Assembly: GCA_013336275.1 (NCBI GenBank)
Contig: JAAXUA010000003.1
Location: 130,698-194,697 of the forward strand
Length of the DNA stretch: 64,000 nucleotides
Direction of reading: 5' to 3'
Source: Candidatus Falkowbacteria bacterium
Lineage (GTDB): Bacteria > Patescibacteriota > Patescibacteriia > Patescibacteriales > GWE2-39-37
The notes under the pieces were generated by a model that searched no databases, was not told where the DNA came from, and saw nothing but the letters and a program-made list of their open reading frames with translations. This document shows, in pieces, positions 9,651-19,231 of this stretch. A program made the position numbers and the translations under genes. Each line of letters opens with the position of its first letter. Position 1 is the first letter of the stretch.

Positions 9651-10848
9651 GATCATCGTCCACCTGGACATGAATTCTTATTTCGCTTCGGTTGAACAGC
9701 AGGCTAACCCGTTTTTGCGCGGCAGATCAGTGGCGGTTTGCGCTTATTTGTCTGAGAACGGGACAATCATCGCTTCGTCTGTCGAGGCCAAGGCTAAGGG
9801 CATCAAGACTGGCACGCGGGTCAGTGACGCTTTGCGTCTCGACCCCGAGCTGGTATTAGTTGAAAACGAACCAGCCAAATATCGAACGGTCACGGAGCGG
9901 ATTTTCAATATCCTACGCTCGTATACTGATGCGATGGAGCCTTATAGCATTGATGAGGCTTTTATGGACCTGACTGGCTGGGTCAAGGATTTTGCCGAAG
10001 CCGAGCAGGTGGCGCAAAAGATCAAGCAACGCATAACGATCGAAGTCGGTGATTGGCTCCGCTGTTCAGTGGGTATTTCCTGGACTAAGTTTCTGGCCAA
10101 GTTCGCCGGCGATATCGCGCCAAAGGGCGGTGTCCTGGTGATCACGTCAGAAAATCTGGAAAGCTTCTTGCTTTGCGATGTGCAGACAGCTTGGGGAATC
10201 GGCAAAGCCATGGCGGCACGCTTGCGGAGCTATGGGATCGTGACGCTCCTGGACCTTAAGAACAGCGACCCGATATTGCTAAGGCTGCGTCTCGGCAGTT
10301 GCGGCTATTATTTATGGTGCCATGTCAACGGACGAGAGATTTCAGGCGTCGCCCAAGAAGCGTCTCTGCCTAAGTCCATCGGCCATTCTTATTGCCTGCC
10401 AAGAAAAACTAGCGACAAAGAATATTTGGCCAAGGCATTGCTTAAGCTCTGCGAAAAGACGGGGCGCAGGCTAAGGGCACTCGGATTGGAGGCGAAAACC
10501 GGACATCTTTACGCCAGCTGCCTCCATGATAGTTACCACCAGAAGACTTTTCGCAGCCAGGAGGGAATTTTTACGACCAATGATCTATTTATGCCCCTTC
10601 ACGCCTTTTTATTGCAGACCAATTTGCCATTGCCAGTCTTCAAACTGGCAGTTACGGTAACCGGATTGGCTCCAGTCTCGAACCAGCTGGAATTATTTTC
10701 CGATAGATCAAAACACAAAGACATTAGCCTGGCCATGGACAGGATAAATGATCGTTATGGTGAATACACGGTAAAGAGCGGCTTGATGCTGGGCAGCGAC
10801 GACATGGCCAAGGACCGTGTCGGCTTTCGTAAAGTGGCAGGCTTATGA
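9640..10848 (+). CDS. dinB: Y-family DNA polymerase IV (DinB-like)
   Basis: HLDMNSYFASVEQ and YSIDEAFMD catalytic motifs; KSIGHS little-finger; QLELF clamp-binding motif; C-terminal D.IN.RYG. Confidence 0.9.
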   Translation: MKHRIIVHLDMNSYFASVEQQANPFLRGRSVAVCAYLSENGTIIASSVEAKAKGIKTGTRVSDALRLDPELVLVENEPAKYRTVTERIFNILRSYTDAMEPYSIDEAFMDLTGWVKDFAEAEQVAQKIKQRITIEVGDWLRCSVGISWTKFLAKFAGDIAPKGGVLVITSENLESFLLCDVQTAWGIGKAMAARLRSYGIVTLLDLKNSDPILLRLRLGSCGYYLWCHVNGREISGVAQEASLPKSIGHSYCLPRKTSDKEYLAKALLKLCEKTGRRLRALGLEAKTGHLYASCLHDSYHQKTFRSQEGIFTTNDLFMPLHAFLLQTNLPLPVFKLAVTVTGLAPVSNQLELFSDRSKHKDISLAMDRINDRYGEYTVKSGLMLGSDDMAKDRVGFRKVAGL

Positions 10849-10918
10849 TGATGGATGGCAGGGTGCCTTTTTCTAGGAAATGGCTTATAATGATGTAATA
10901 ACGATTAAAATCCAAGCA

Positions 10919-12010
10919 ATGCAAACCAAGATCATCACGACCATCGGACCGAAATCAGAAGCGCCTGAGGTTATTAAGAAGATGGTTGAAGCGGGGGTGG
11001 ATATGTTCCGTTTCAATTTTTCACACACCACCACAGAACAATTTTTAAGGGTTTCTAAACTGATCAGGAAAATTTCCAAGGAACTGGGCAAGGATATCAA
11101 GATCATTCAAGACCTTCAGGGACCGCGCATACGCGTAGGTAAATTGCCGGCTGAGGGCGTCATGCTCGCTGATGGCCAGGAAATAGGTTTTACGGTCGGC
11201 CAGAATGATTTGCCAAACAACCTGATCAACATTGATGACAAAAAGCTGTATGAAGACATAAGGCGCGGCGATCCGCTTTTCTTATCCAACGGTTCGATTG
11301 AGTTGGTAGTGCTGGCGGTAAAGGGTGATGTCATCTGGTGCCGCGTGATTCAGGGCGGCCTGCTGACATCGAGCAAGGGGGTTAATGTGCCGGGCACTAA
11401 TCTTAAGCGCGGCGGACTTACTGAAAAGGATATCGCCGACGTCAAATTTGCGCTTAAGACCAAACAGGTTGATTATGTGGCTCTGTCTTTCGTACAAGAA
11501 GCCGAGGATGTTTCCAAATTGCGAGGCATAATCAGGAAGGAGGCCGGTGAAAAAAACAAGATCAAGATCATTTCCAAAATCGAGCGAGGAGTCGCGCTCA
11601 AGGACATCGACCGGATAATAGTCGAGTCCGATGTCATCATGTTCGCTCGAGGAGATCTCGGCATCGAGGTACCGGTCGAGAACCTGCCGATCATCCAGAA
11701 GAATATCGTCCGCCATGCGCATTGGCACAACACCCCGGTCATTATCGCCACCCAAGTGCTGACCTCGATGATTATTAGTCAGAACCCGACCCGGGCCGAG
11801 GTCAGCGATATTTCCAATGCCATCTTTGATCGCGGCGACGCCGTCATGCTTTCCGATGAGACGGCGGTGGGTGCCCACCCGATCGAGGCGGTCAAGATAT
11901 TGAAGAAAGTGATCAAGCGGACCGAAGAGTATCTGGAAAAGAAGAATTTTTTCGATCCGGAAATCCAGCGTGGCACGGTCAATAAATACTCCAACTTAAA
12001 TGTTGGCTGA
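10919..12010 (+). CDS. pyk: Pyruvate kinase, short form lacking the C-terminal domain
   Basis: TKIITTIGP, RFNFSH, DLQGPRIR, SKIE, ARGDLG, ATQ, PTRAEVSD and MLSDETAVG; about 363 aa. Confidence 0.93.
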   Translation: MQTKIITTIGPKSEAPEVIKKMVEAGVDMFRFNFSHTTTEQFLRVSKLIRKISKELGKDIKIIQDLQGPRIRVGKLPAEGVMLADGQEIGFTVGQNDLPNNLINIDDKKLYEDIRRGDPLFLSNGSIELVVLAVKGDVIWCRVIQGGLLTSSKGVNVPGTNLKRGGLTEKDIADVKFALKTKQVDYVALSFVQEAEDVSKLRGIIRKEAGEKNKIKIISKIERGVALKDIDRIIVESDVIMFARGDLGIEVPVENLPIIQKNIVRHAHWHNTPVIIATQVLTSMIISQNPTRAEVSDISNAIFDRGDAVMLSDETAVGAHPIEAVKILKKVIKRTEEYLEKKNFFDPEIQRGTVNKYSNLNVG

Positions 12011-12037
12011 CTCTATTAACAATAGTTAGATAAAAAT

Positions 12038-12068
12038 ACCGCGACTCCTGGTGGAGGTCGCGGTTTTT
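12038..12068. terminator. Bidirectional intrinsic terminator
   Basis: ACCGCGAC...GTCGCGGT-TTTT between convergent genes. Confidence 0.65.
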
Positions 12069-12080
12069 GGTTGAAGACTA

Positions 12081-12740
12081 TCAAATGAGCCCTTGCCAAG
12101 GCACTATATCCTTTTCCGATAAGCGCAGATCAGTGGGCTTGTTTCTCGTCCGGTAAACCATGACAGAGGCATTTTCGAAGACGCCGAGATCGAGCTGTCG
12201 CATCGCCTCCTCTATGGATAGGCACTGCATGATTTTCTGGAACAAAATGAGCCAGTGTCCGTGAGTGACGACAAGCACCTTTTGCCCGCCGCAGTCTCGC
12301 TGCAGCATATCAAGAAAACTGTGGATGCGCAGTTCGATATCCGGCCAATTCTCTCCGCCAAGAGGACGGTAGTGATATAGGTCCTCTTTTTCTTTTCGCT
12401 CGATTTCTTCGGGGAAGCGGAGTTTTACTTGATTCAGAGTCATGGTGTGCCAGATGCCGCGCTGCCCTTCGGCTAGGCGAGGATCCTCGATTTTTTTGCA
12501 GTCGGGGAACATGATATCCAACGTTTGCCGGGCACGCTCGTAATACGAGCAGTAGTGCTTGTCGAATTCACCGAAAGCGCGTCTCAGGTGTGATCCGGTC
12601 AAGGCTGCTTGTTGTCTGCCTCTTGGTGTGAGAGGAAATCTGTAGTTGGCGACAAGGGCTTGGGCACGCTCATTCACCCCCATGATGTTGCCTTCGGATT
12701 CGGCGTGTCGAACGAGTATCAGTGTTTTGGGCCAGGGCAT
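12081..12740 (-). CDS. Histidine phosphatase (phosphoglycerate mutase family)
   Basis: LILVRHAES catalytic motif, LT..GR.QA, RARQT, GGE and VVTHG. Start set at the ATG after SD AAAGGAG. Confidence 0.88.
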   Translation of the reverse strand: MPWPKTLILVRHAESEGNIMGVNERAQALVANYRFPLTPRGRQQAALTGSHLRRAFGEFDKHYCSYYERARQTLDIMFPDCKKIEDPRLAEGQRGIWHTMTLNQVKLRFPEEIERKEKEDLYHYRPLGGENWPDIELRIHSFLDMLQRDCGGQKVLVVTHGHWLILFQKIMQCLSIEEAMRQLDLGVFENASVMVYRTRNKPTDLRLSEKDIVPWQGLI

Positions 12741-12917
12741 GATAGTTTCTCCTTTTATTTTTAATGATCTGCCTTTCATTCATATTTTTGCACAGTCCAT
12801 AGAGAAGTGTATTAGAGATGCTTCAATATTGAAATAAAATAATAAGAATAACCACCAATTTTGCTAAAGTTAAGTAATATACTATAATAATAAATGTACT
12901 TAAATTAATACACTTTT

Positions 12918-13652
12918 ATGAAAATAAGCGCACTTTTAACCCGTCTAGGACTCACCGAGGATGAGACTAAGGTTTATTTAGCTTTGCTGCGCACCGGCAA
13001 GTTGAATATATCGGAATTGTCGAAAGTTACAGGCCTTTATCGCCCGATGGTTTATAAGCTCCTGCCTCGACTGTATGGCATGCAGCTGGTCGCATATCAG
13101 AAGGTCGGCAAAAGAACTTATTATGTAGCGGAGAATCCGGCACAGTTGAAGCTGCTGGTCGATAAGCTGTCTGATGACTTGGAGATGGTATCAGAGGAGC
13201 TGTTTCAGACGTATCGCAACGGTAAGCAGCGGCCGGTCATTAAGAATTTCGAAGGCAAAGAAGGAATCAGGCGGGTGTATGACGAGATGATGAGCCTATG
13301 TAAGAAGGGTGATATCATTTATCGCTACGAATCTCCTAAAAATTATCAGAAAAACAAGGAATATTATCCGAGACTGTATCTGAACAAAGCTGCCGGGGCG
13401 CGGGAAAGCATCATTGAAAAATTCGTCATAACCAACGAGAAGACGCACATGCTGAGACATAAGAGGCTTGAGCGTTACTCCAAATACGTGCCCGCATCTT
13501 TCGACCCGTTCGAGTATGATATTACGCAGCTTATCTACAAGAATAGAGTGGTTTTTATCGATTACAAAAGAGAGGCGGCTAACGTGATCGAGAGCACTAG
13601 GTATGCCGAGTTCCAAAAACGGCTGTTCAAATTATTATTCGATAAGATATAA
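12918..13652 (+). CDS. TrmB-family HTH transcriptional regulator
   Basis: LGLTEDETKVYLALL...R..VY..L..L...LV N-terminal HTH; FEGKEGIRRVY; C-terminal FQK.LF.LLF. Confidence 0.85.
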   Translation: MKISALLTRLGLTEDETKVYLALLRTGKLNISELSKVTGLYRPMVYKLLPRLYGMQLVAYQKVGKRTYYVAENPAQLKLLVDKLSDDLEMVSEELFQTYRNGKQRPVIKNFEGKEGIRRVYDEMMSLCKKGDIIYRYESPKNYQKNKEYYPRLYLNKAAGARESIIEKFVITNEKTHMLRHKRLERYSKYVPASFDPFEYDITQLIYKNRVVFIDYKREAANVIESTRYAEFQKRLFKLLFDKI

Positions 13653-13819
13653 ACGCGATCCTCTGCGATTGCTGGGGTTTGACAGAAACGGCAAAAAAGT
13701 GTTAAATTGGCCTATTCTTAGCATTTGATGTTAAACGATCTTTAGTCAAGAAATTACGAAAGGAGGAAGTGCTGTTGCGATGCATGAACGCTGTATAACC
13801 CCAAGACAAGGAGGAGGAC

Positions 13820-15166
13820 ATGCTTAGTAAAAAAACGAAAGACAGGCTGTTTCCGATGATTCCCGAAGCGCTGGAACTGGTGGCTCGAAACGGTTCATCA
13901 AGTCCGTTGTTGGCGAATATGCCTTCGTGTCAGCTTAGCCAAGGGGTTCACCTGATCGATCAGCAGACTTTGATCGATCGGGCCAATGAGATGAAGCGCC
14001 ACATCTGGCCGGACGGCGGCGGGACGAACTTGTTCGCGGTCAAAGGACAGCCCAACCACTGGGTCTTGAAGACTTTGTTGGATGCTGGCTTCGGCCTGGA
14101 CTGCAGCTCGCCGACCGAGATCTGGGATGCGGCGAAGGTCGGCACGAACGGTCATCCGGTGATGTACACCGCTAACGCGACTCCCTGGGAGCACCTGGAG
14201 TATGCCAGGCAGAACGGCGCCATCCTGAATCTTGATGATGACTGCTATCTCGACGAGCTTTCCGGAAAAATGCCGCAAATCATCTCTTTCCGGGTCAATC
14301 TGGCCAAGGCCAGGCAGGACGGTCAGAGCAAGATTATCGGCAAGGCGACGAAACAGAAATACGGCGTTCCCGTCGGTAGGCTAATCGAGGCTTTCCGCAA
14401 GGCCAAGAAGCTGGGCATCAAGAATTTCGGCCTGCACACCATGTATGCCAGCAATTGCCGCAGCTGGGAAACTCACGCCAAGACGCTTGAGATCTTGCTC
14501 GGCCTGGCATTGCAGCTTGAGGCCGCTCTGGGTATCAAGCTCGTCTTCATCAATGCCGGCGGTGGCATCGGCGTCGACTACAAACACCCCGATGACCAGA
14601 GCATCAAATATGGCGAAGATGACAAGCCGTTCAATCTTGAGATGTATGGAGCGGACGCCAACCGTCAGCTTGCGGAATTCGAAAGCGTGCATGGCTGGCG
14701 GCCGGTCCTTTATCTGGAGTGCGCGCGTTATGTTGCGGCTCCTGCTGGCATCTGGGTAGCGCCGATCATCTCGGTGACGCAGAAATATCGTCGCTTTGCC
14801 TGTATGGCGGCCTGCGACGGCGCTGACCTGTTGCGCGCTGGGATTTATCCGGCCCACCATCACATCGTCGTACTGGATAAGGACTTCCAGGAAGTGAAAG
14901 ACCGGAAGATCATCCGCCAGTCGATTGTCGGACCGCTGTGTGAGAACATCCACGCCGTCTCGCAGCGCCTACTGCCGGAAATCAGGGTCGGTGACCACGT
15001 CGTTTTCAGCGACACCGGTTGCCATGGTATCGAGATGGGCATGAATTACAACGGTTGGACCAAGTCCGGCCAAGTCATGCACCTGGCTGGCGGTGGTCTG
15101 CAGCTCATCAGCTTGCCTCAGACCATAGCTGACATCAGATCTTTACAGGTCCCGCTGAATCAATAA
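13820..15166 (+). CDS. Fold-type III PLP decarboxylase, diaminopimelate decarboxylase-like
   Basis: FAVK (PLP Lys), G.DCSS..E, KYG, GLH, NAGGG, E.ARY, GPLCEN and MNYN. Confidence 0.78.
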   Translation: MLSKKTKDRLFPMIPEALELVARNGSSSPLLANMPSCQLSQGVHLIDQQTLIDRANEMKRHIWPDGGGTNLFAVKGQPNHWVLKTLLDAGFGLDCSSPTEIWDAAKVGTNGHPVMYTANATPWEHLEYARQNGAILNLDDDCYLDELSGKMPQIISFRVNLAKARQDGQSKIIGKATKQKYGVPVGRLIEAFRKAKKLGIKNFGLHTMYASNCRSWETHAKTLEILLGLALQLEAALGIKLVFINAGGGIGVDYKHPDDQSIKYGEDDKPFNLEMYGADANRQLAEFESVHGWRPVLYLECARYVAAPAGIWVAPIISVTQKYRRFACMAACDGADLLRAGIYPAHHHIVVLDKDFQEVKDRKIIRQSIVGPLCENIHAVSQRLLPEIRVGDHVVFSDTGCHGIEMGMNYNGWTKSGQVMHLAGGGLQLISLPQTIADIRSLQVPLNQ

Positions 15167-15369
15167 GCGGCCGCAACAACGAACAGCCCGGAGAGCGATC
15201 TCCGGGCTTATTTTATGGCTTAATAATTATTTGATGACGGCGTAGAGATAGTTAAATACTAATTTTTAGATCGAACCCTCATTGTGCCGGCCCGAGGAAG
15301 TGCTTCTTAATGGTTGCTTAATTGTTTTAACCGATTATTATAATAATAATAACACCTTTCAAAAAACAT

Positions 15370-15762
15370 ATGAAAAACAATGTAGCGATTATTAGTGCGG
15401 TTGTGATACTGCTTTTAGGCGGAAGCTATTTTTATTATGGCACGAGCGACGATCAGCCAAAGATTTACGACAACCCAACCGGTGTGAACGATCAGCCAAA
15501 GACAGAGGCAAAAGCATTCGCCTTGTCTGATGTTGCCCAACACGCCACGGTTGAAAATTGCTGGTTAGCGATCGAAGGAAAAGTTTATGACGTCACGAAG
15601 TATATTGACGGAGGCAAACATCCTGGAGGCGCAGCGATTATTCAGGGATGCGGCCGGGATGCGACCGAACTATTCAACACCAGGCCGATGGGCTCGAAAA
15701 CTCCGCATTCAGATAAGGCAAAAAGCTTTTTGCCGAATTTCTATATCGGCGACCTGAAATAA
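15370..15762 (+). CDS. Membrane-anchored cytochrome b5-like heme/steroid-binding protein
   Basis: H....CWLAIEGKVYDVT...HPGG...I...CG.DAT..F...HS..A; N-terminal TM segment. Confidence 0.9.
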   Translation: MKNNVAIISAVVILLLGGSYFYYGTSDDQPKIYDNPTGVNDQPKTEAKAFALSDVAQHATVENCWLAIEGKVYDVTKYIDGGKHPGGAAIIQGCGRDATELFNTRPMGSKTPHSDKAKSFLPNFYIGDLK

Positions 15763-15810
15763 AACTTATCTAAAAAACGGGCCTAGCGGCTCGTTTTTGA
15801 TATCTGATTT

Positions 15811-17154
15811 TCAATCGAGTTTTCTCAGAGTCGCTCGCATATAGACCAAGGTGATGATAGCGGCAGTCGTGTTTATGATGAATACCCCCCACCAGACGCC
15901 CTTGAGTTGCCAGTCGAGAACTACAGCCAGAACCCAGAAGATCAGAAGCGGAGCGGCGATTTGGCGGTAAAGACCGATCCAGATCGCATAAAGAGGCTTT
16001 TTTAATCCTTGCAGCGCGGAGGTTGCGACATAGAGAGTGGTATAGGCGAAGTAAACGAAAGCGGAGATGCGCAAATATTCGACGCCGATACGGACAACCT
16101 CTCGGTCTTGGGAAAACAGCCCCATTAGCTGAGGTGCCAGCGCCAGCACCAACGCTGCCCCCATGATGGTGACATAGAAACCATAGAGCAGGCACAGGCG
16201 GATTGTCTCTTTGACTCGACCAAACAGCTTGGCCCCATTATTCTGTCCTACCAGCGTCAGGGCGGCGATGTTCAGTCCGACGATCGGCAGTACCGCCATC
16301 TGGTCTATCCGTGTCGCGATGCCATAAGCGGCTACGCCGGCCTTACCGTAGCGGCTTATGAAATAAGTAATGACAAATATGCCGATTGCCACGGTCAGCA
16401 TGTTGAGACTGGCAGGGAATCCTTGGCGGGCGATGTCGCGGTAATAGCGCCAACGCGGAATCAACATGTCCTTGCACTCTTTGCAGAAGATGTCCGTGCG
16501 GCCGACCTTTATCAGCAAATATACGGTTGTCAGAAATTGGATGACGACGGTCGCCCAGGCCACGCCAGCCAAACCCATGGCAGGCAGGCCGTAGCCGCCG
16601 CGGATGAACCAGGGATCGAAGATTATGTTGAGGAAAAAACCGATCACCAGGAGGTTGCGGTAAGTTTTGGTATTTCCCTGAGAGCTCAGAATGCCGCTGA
16701 GAACGAAGCTTAACAAGAAGAAGACCGAGCCGTAGAAGATCACGTTGCTGTAGCTCAGAGACATGGCTAGGTATGAATCACTAGCACCAAGAGTTCGGAA
16801 AAGAAAGGGTGAAAAAGCCAAACCAAGCCAGGTTAGGATCAGCGAAACAAAGAACCCGAAGCTGATGGATTGGACCGAGTAAAAGCGGGCAGACTTCATG
16901 TCGCCGGCCCCGAGCGAGTTGGCTATAAGTGCAGTGGCGGCGGTCGACACGCCTGAGCCCAGGGCGATAATGATAAAAAAGACCGGGAAAGAAAGGGAGA
17001 GGGCCGCAAGGGCATCAGTTGAAACTATTCCGGCAAAATAGGTGTCGACGACGTTGAAAAGCGTGTTGAAGAGGAATCCCATGCTGCTAGGAATTGCGAT
17101 CATTTTGATCAAGTCAGGAATGGGGGCGGTTGTAAGGTGGTTATTATTTTCCAT
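15811..17154 (-). CDS. MATE-family efflux transporter
   Basis: About 12 TM segments; NVVDTYF, NIIFDP.FI.G..G.P.MG..G.A.AT, AAYGIATR and GQNNGA. Confidence 0.92.
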   Translation of the reverse strand: MENNNHLTTAPIPDLIKMIAIPSSMGFLFNTLFNVVDTYFAGIVSTDALAALSLSFPVFFIIIALGSGVSTAATALIANSLGAGDMKSARFYSVQSISFGFFVSLILTWLGLAFSPFLFRTLGASDSYLAMSLSYSNVIFYGSVFFLLSFVLSGILSSQGNTKTYRNLLVIGFFLNIIFDPWFIRGGYGLPAMGLAGVAWATVVIQFLTTVYLLIKVGRTDIFCKECKDMLIPRWRYYRDIARQGFPASLNMLTVAIGIFVITYFISRYGKAGVAAYGIATRIDQMAVLPIVGLNIAALTLVGQNNGAKLFGRVKETIRLCLLYGFYVTIMGAALVLALAPQLMGLFSQDREVVRIGVEYLRISAFVYFAYTTLYVATSALQGLKKPLYAIWIGLYRQIAAPLLIFWVLAVVLDWQLKGVWWGVFIINTTAAIITLVYMRATLRKLD

Positions 17155-17262
17155 AGGGTTATTTTATTTTACCCTACCACCTTTTAGATAAAAATAAAAT
17201 TAGATTCGGAAGTATTGTTAAATATTTGCAATGTACTACTATTAATGTAAATAATCACACCT

Positions 17263-17940
17263 ATGAAAAAAATCAAAGTAACCAAAGATGGGCCATATAT
17301 AGTTTCGGGCTCAGTGCCGTTAGCCAAAGAAACCGCCGAGGGTGAATATAACGGTGGCCCGGAGCGGTGGCATACCGAGAGAAAATTTACGACCGGCGAG
17401 ATATATTCCTTGTGCCGTTGCGGACGATCAGGCAACATGCCTTTTTGTGACGGAGCCCATCTCAAGTTCGGCTTTGATGGAACGGAGACGGCTGGTTATG
17501 ACAAGTTTGTCGACAAGGCCAAGCTGATCACGGGGCCGGGACTGGACCTGCTTGATTGGTATGACCTGTGTTCTTTGGCCCGTTTCTGCCACCTGGGCAA
17601 TAACACGTGGAACGACGTGGCTAATTCCGATAATCAGAAATCGAAAGAAGATGCTGTTTACTCTGCCTGTTGCTGTCCCTCAGGGCGTTTAGTTCCAGTG
17701 GATAAAACGACCAACCAACCGATTGAGCCTGAGCTTGAGCCATCAATCAGTCTAACCGAAGATCCGATAAAGGATGTCAGCGGTCCCTTGTGGGTCAAGG
17801 GTGGCATCGAGATTGAGTCGGCCGAAGGAAAATCTTATGAAATACGCAATAGAGTGACCCTGTGCCGCTGCGGCAAGTCAGAAAATAAGCCATTGTGCGA
17901 CAGCTCCCATGTCGGCTGCAAATTCAAAGACAATCTTTAA
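17263..17940 (+). CDS. Double CDGSH Fe-S protein with a central Cys-rich ferredoxin-like domain
   Basis: LCRCGRSGNMPFCDGAH and LCRCGKSENKPLCDSSH; central C.LARFC...CPSGRL. Confidence 0.9.
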   Translation: MKKIKVTKDGPYIVSGSVPLAKETAEGEYNGGPERWHTERKFTTGEIYSLCRCGRSGNMPFCDGAHLKFGFDGTETAGYDKFVDKAKLITGPGLDLLDWYDLCSLARFCHLGNNTWNDVANSDNQKSKEDAVYSACCCPSGRLVPVDKTTNQPIEPELEPSISLTEDPIKDVSGPLWVKGGIEIESAEGKSYEIRNRVTLCRCGKSENKPLCDSSHVGCKFKDNL

Positions 17941-18049
17941 ATCGATTTAGAACCCCGCCGCTGAAAACGGCGGGTTTTTTTGATGACAGATTTAATGGCA
18001 GCTTAATATCGCCGGATTAAAATTAAAAAATAATTCTAAGATAAAACAT

Positions 18050-18730
18050 ATGAAAATCGGAATAATGGGAACAGGCATTGTCGGCCGGTCGCATGCCGAA
18101 AAATTAACCGAGCTCGGGCATGAAGTCATGATCGGAACCCGTTCGGTCGAAAAGACCATGGCTGAAGACAAACCCGACGGCATGGGGAATGTGCCATTCC
18201 GCGATTGGCATAAAAGTAACCAAACAGTGAAGCTGGGGACCTTCGACGAAGCTGCCCGATTCGGAGAAATCGTTTATGACGTATTGAGAGGCGAGGTGGC
18301 GGTGGGCGTTTTCGCAAGTTTGGATAAGGAGAGCTTATCCGGTAAGATTGTCGTGGATATTGCCAACGCTCTGGACTTTTCTCAGGGCATGCCACCGCTA
18401 CTCCTGGTGCATGATGGCAATTCTTTGGGGGAACAGTTGCAAAAGGCGATTCCTGGAGCGAAGGTGGTAAAAACTCTGAATACGGTTTCGGCTCAGTTGC
18501 AGACCAATCCGATGATGCTTAACGACGGCGACCATCAGGTTTTTATGAGCGGCAATGATCCTGACGCCAAGAAGTCTGTGGAGGCGATTTTGCGAAGCTA
18601 TGGCTGGAAGAATATTCTCGATTTGGGCGACATAACGACGGCCAGGGGAACCGAGCTGCTGATGCCGATGTGGCTCCGTTTGTGGGGTGCTCTGGGTACA
18701 CCCTTATTTAACTACAAGATAATCAAGTAG
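18050..18730 (+). CDS. F420-dependent NADP oxidoreductase-like Rossmann protein
   Basis: KIGIMGTGIVG, VVDIAN, VVKTLNT, G.D..AK and DLG....AR..E. Confidence 0.85.
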   Translation: MKIGIMGTGIVGRSHAEKLTELGHEVMIGTRSVEKTMAEDKPDGMGNVPFRDWHKSNQTVKLGTFDEAARFGEIVYDVLRGEVAVGVFASLDKESLSGKIVVDIANALDFSQGMPPLLLVHDGNSLGEQLQKAIPGAKVVKTLNTVSAQLQTNPMMLNDGDHQVFMSGNDPDAKKSVEAILRSYGWKNILDLGDITTARGTELLMPMWLRLWGALGTPLFNYKIIK

Positions 18731-18769
18731 GGCTTTGTGTTTGCTTGTCGCGATCAGGCAGGCTCGTGA

Positions 18770-19144
18770 TTATTTTTTGGCTTTCCCCAGGTTTTCTTGG
18801 ACTCTAAACCGGGTCATTCTTGCAATCAAATCCAGCGGAAGCGGCTCATCAAGCGGAAATTGGATGGCACCTTTCGATCGTTTGTATCCTTTAAGCTCTT
18901 TATCAAAGGCCTTGATTGCTGAGGGCGTCGGATAAAATCCGATATGGCCAGAATACGCTGCGAAGTGAACCAAGTTTCCCTGCAAGACAAAAGTCGGTAT
19001 CCCGTATTTGATCGTTTCTTCGGCGGCGGGCGCCTCTTTTTTGATGGCAGCTCGAACTTTTGCCAAGAGCTTCTGAATATTTTGAGGAAAGCTCTTGATG
19101 TACTTGTCTGTGTCGTAATCAGGGGTGTTAATCATATTTTGCAT
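18770..19144 (-). CDS. DUF1801 (YdhG-like) protein
   Basis: D.YI..FP...R..I...AP.AEETIKYGIPTF...H.GFYP...SKGAIQFPLD.PLP. Confidence 0.88.
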   Translation of the reverse strand: MQNMINTPDYDTDKYIKSFPQNIQKLLAKVRAAIKKEAPAAEETIKYGIPTFVLQGNLVHFAAYSGHIGFYPTPSAIKAFDKELKGYKRSKGAIQFPLDEPLPLDLIARMTRFRVQENLGKAKK

Positions 19145-19231
19145 AATATCGATGGATGTATCTTTTTTAAATCATCACGTCTTGTTATACTAACATCGCA
19201 GACTGAGATTAAAAAGTCATTAAAAATAGGT

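Noticed and set aside
13690..13819. Lysine riboswitch upstream of the LysA-like gene
   Set aside because: The leader is too short and I see no recognisable L-box structure.
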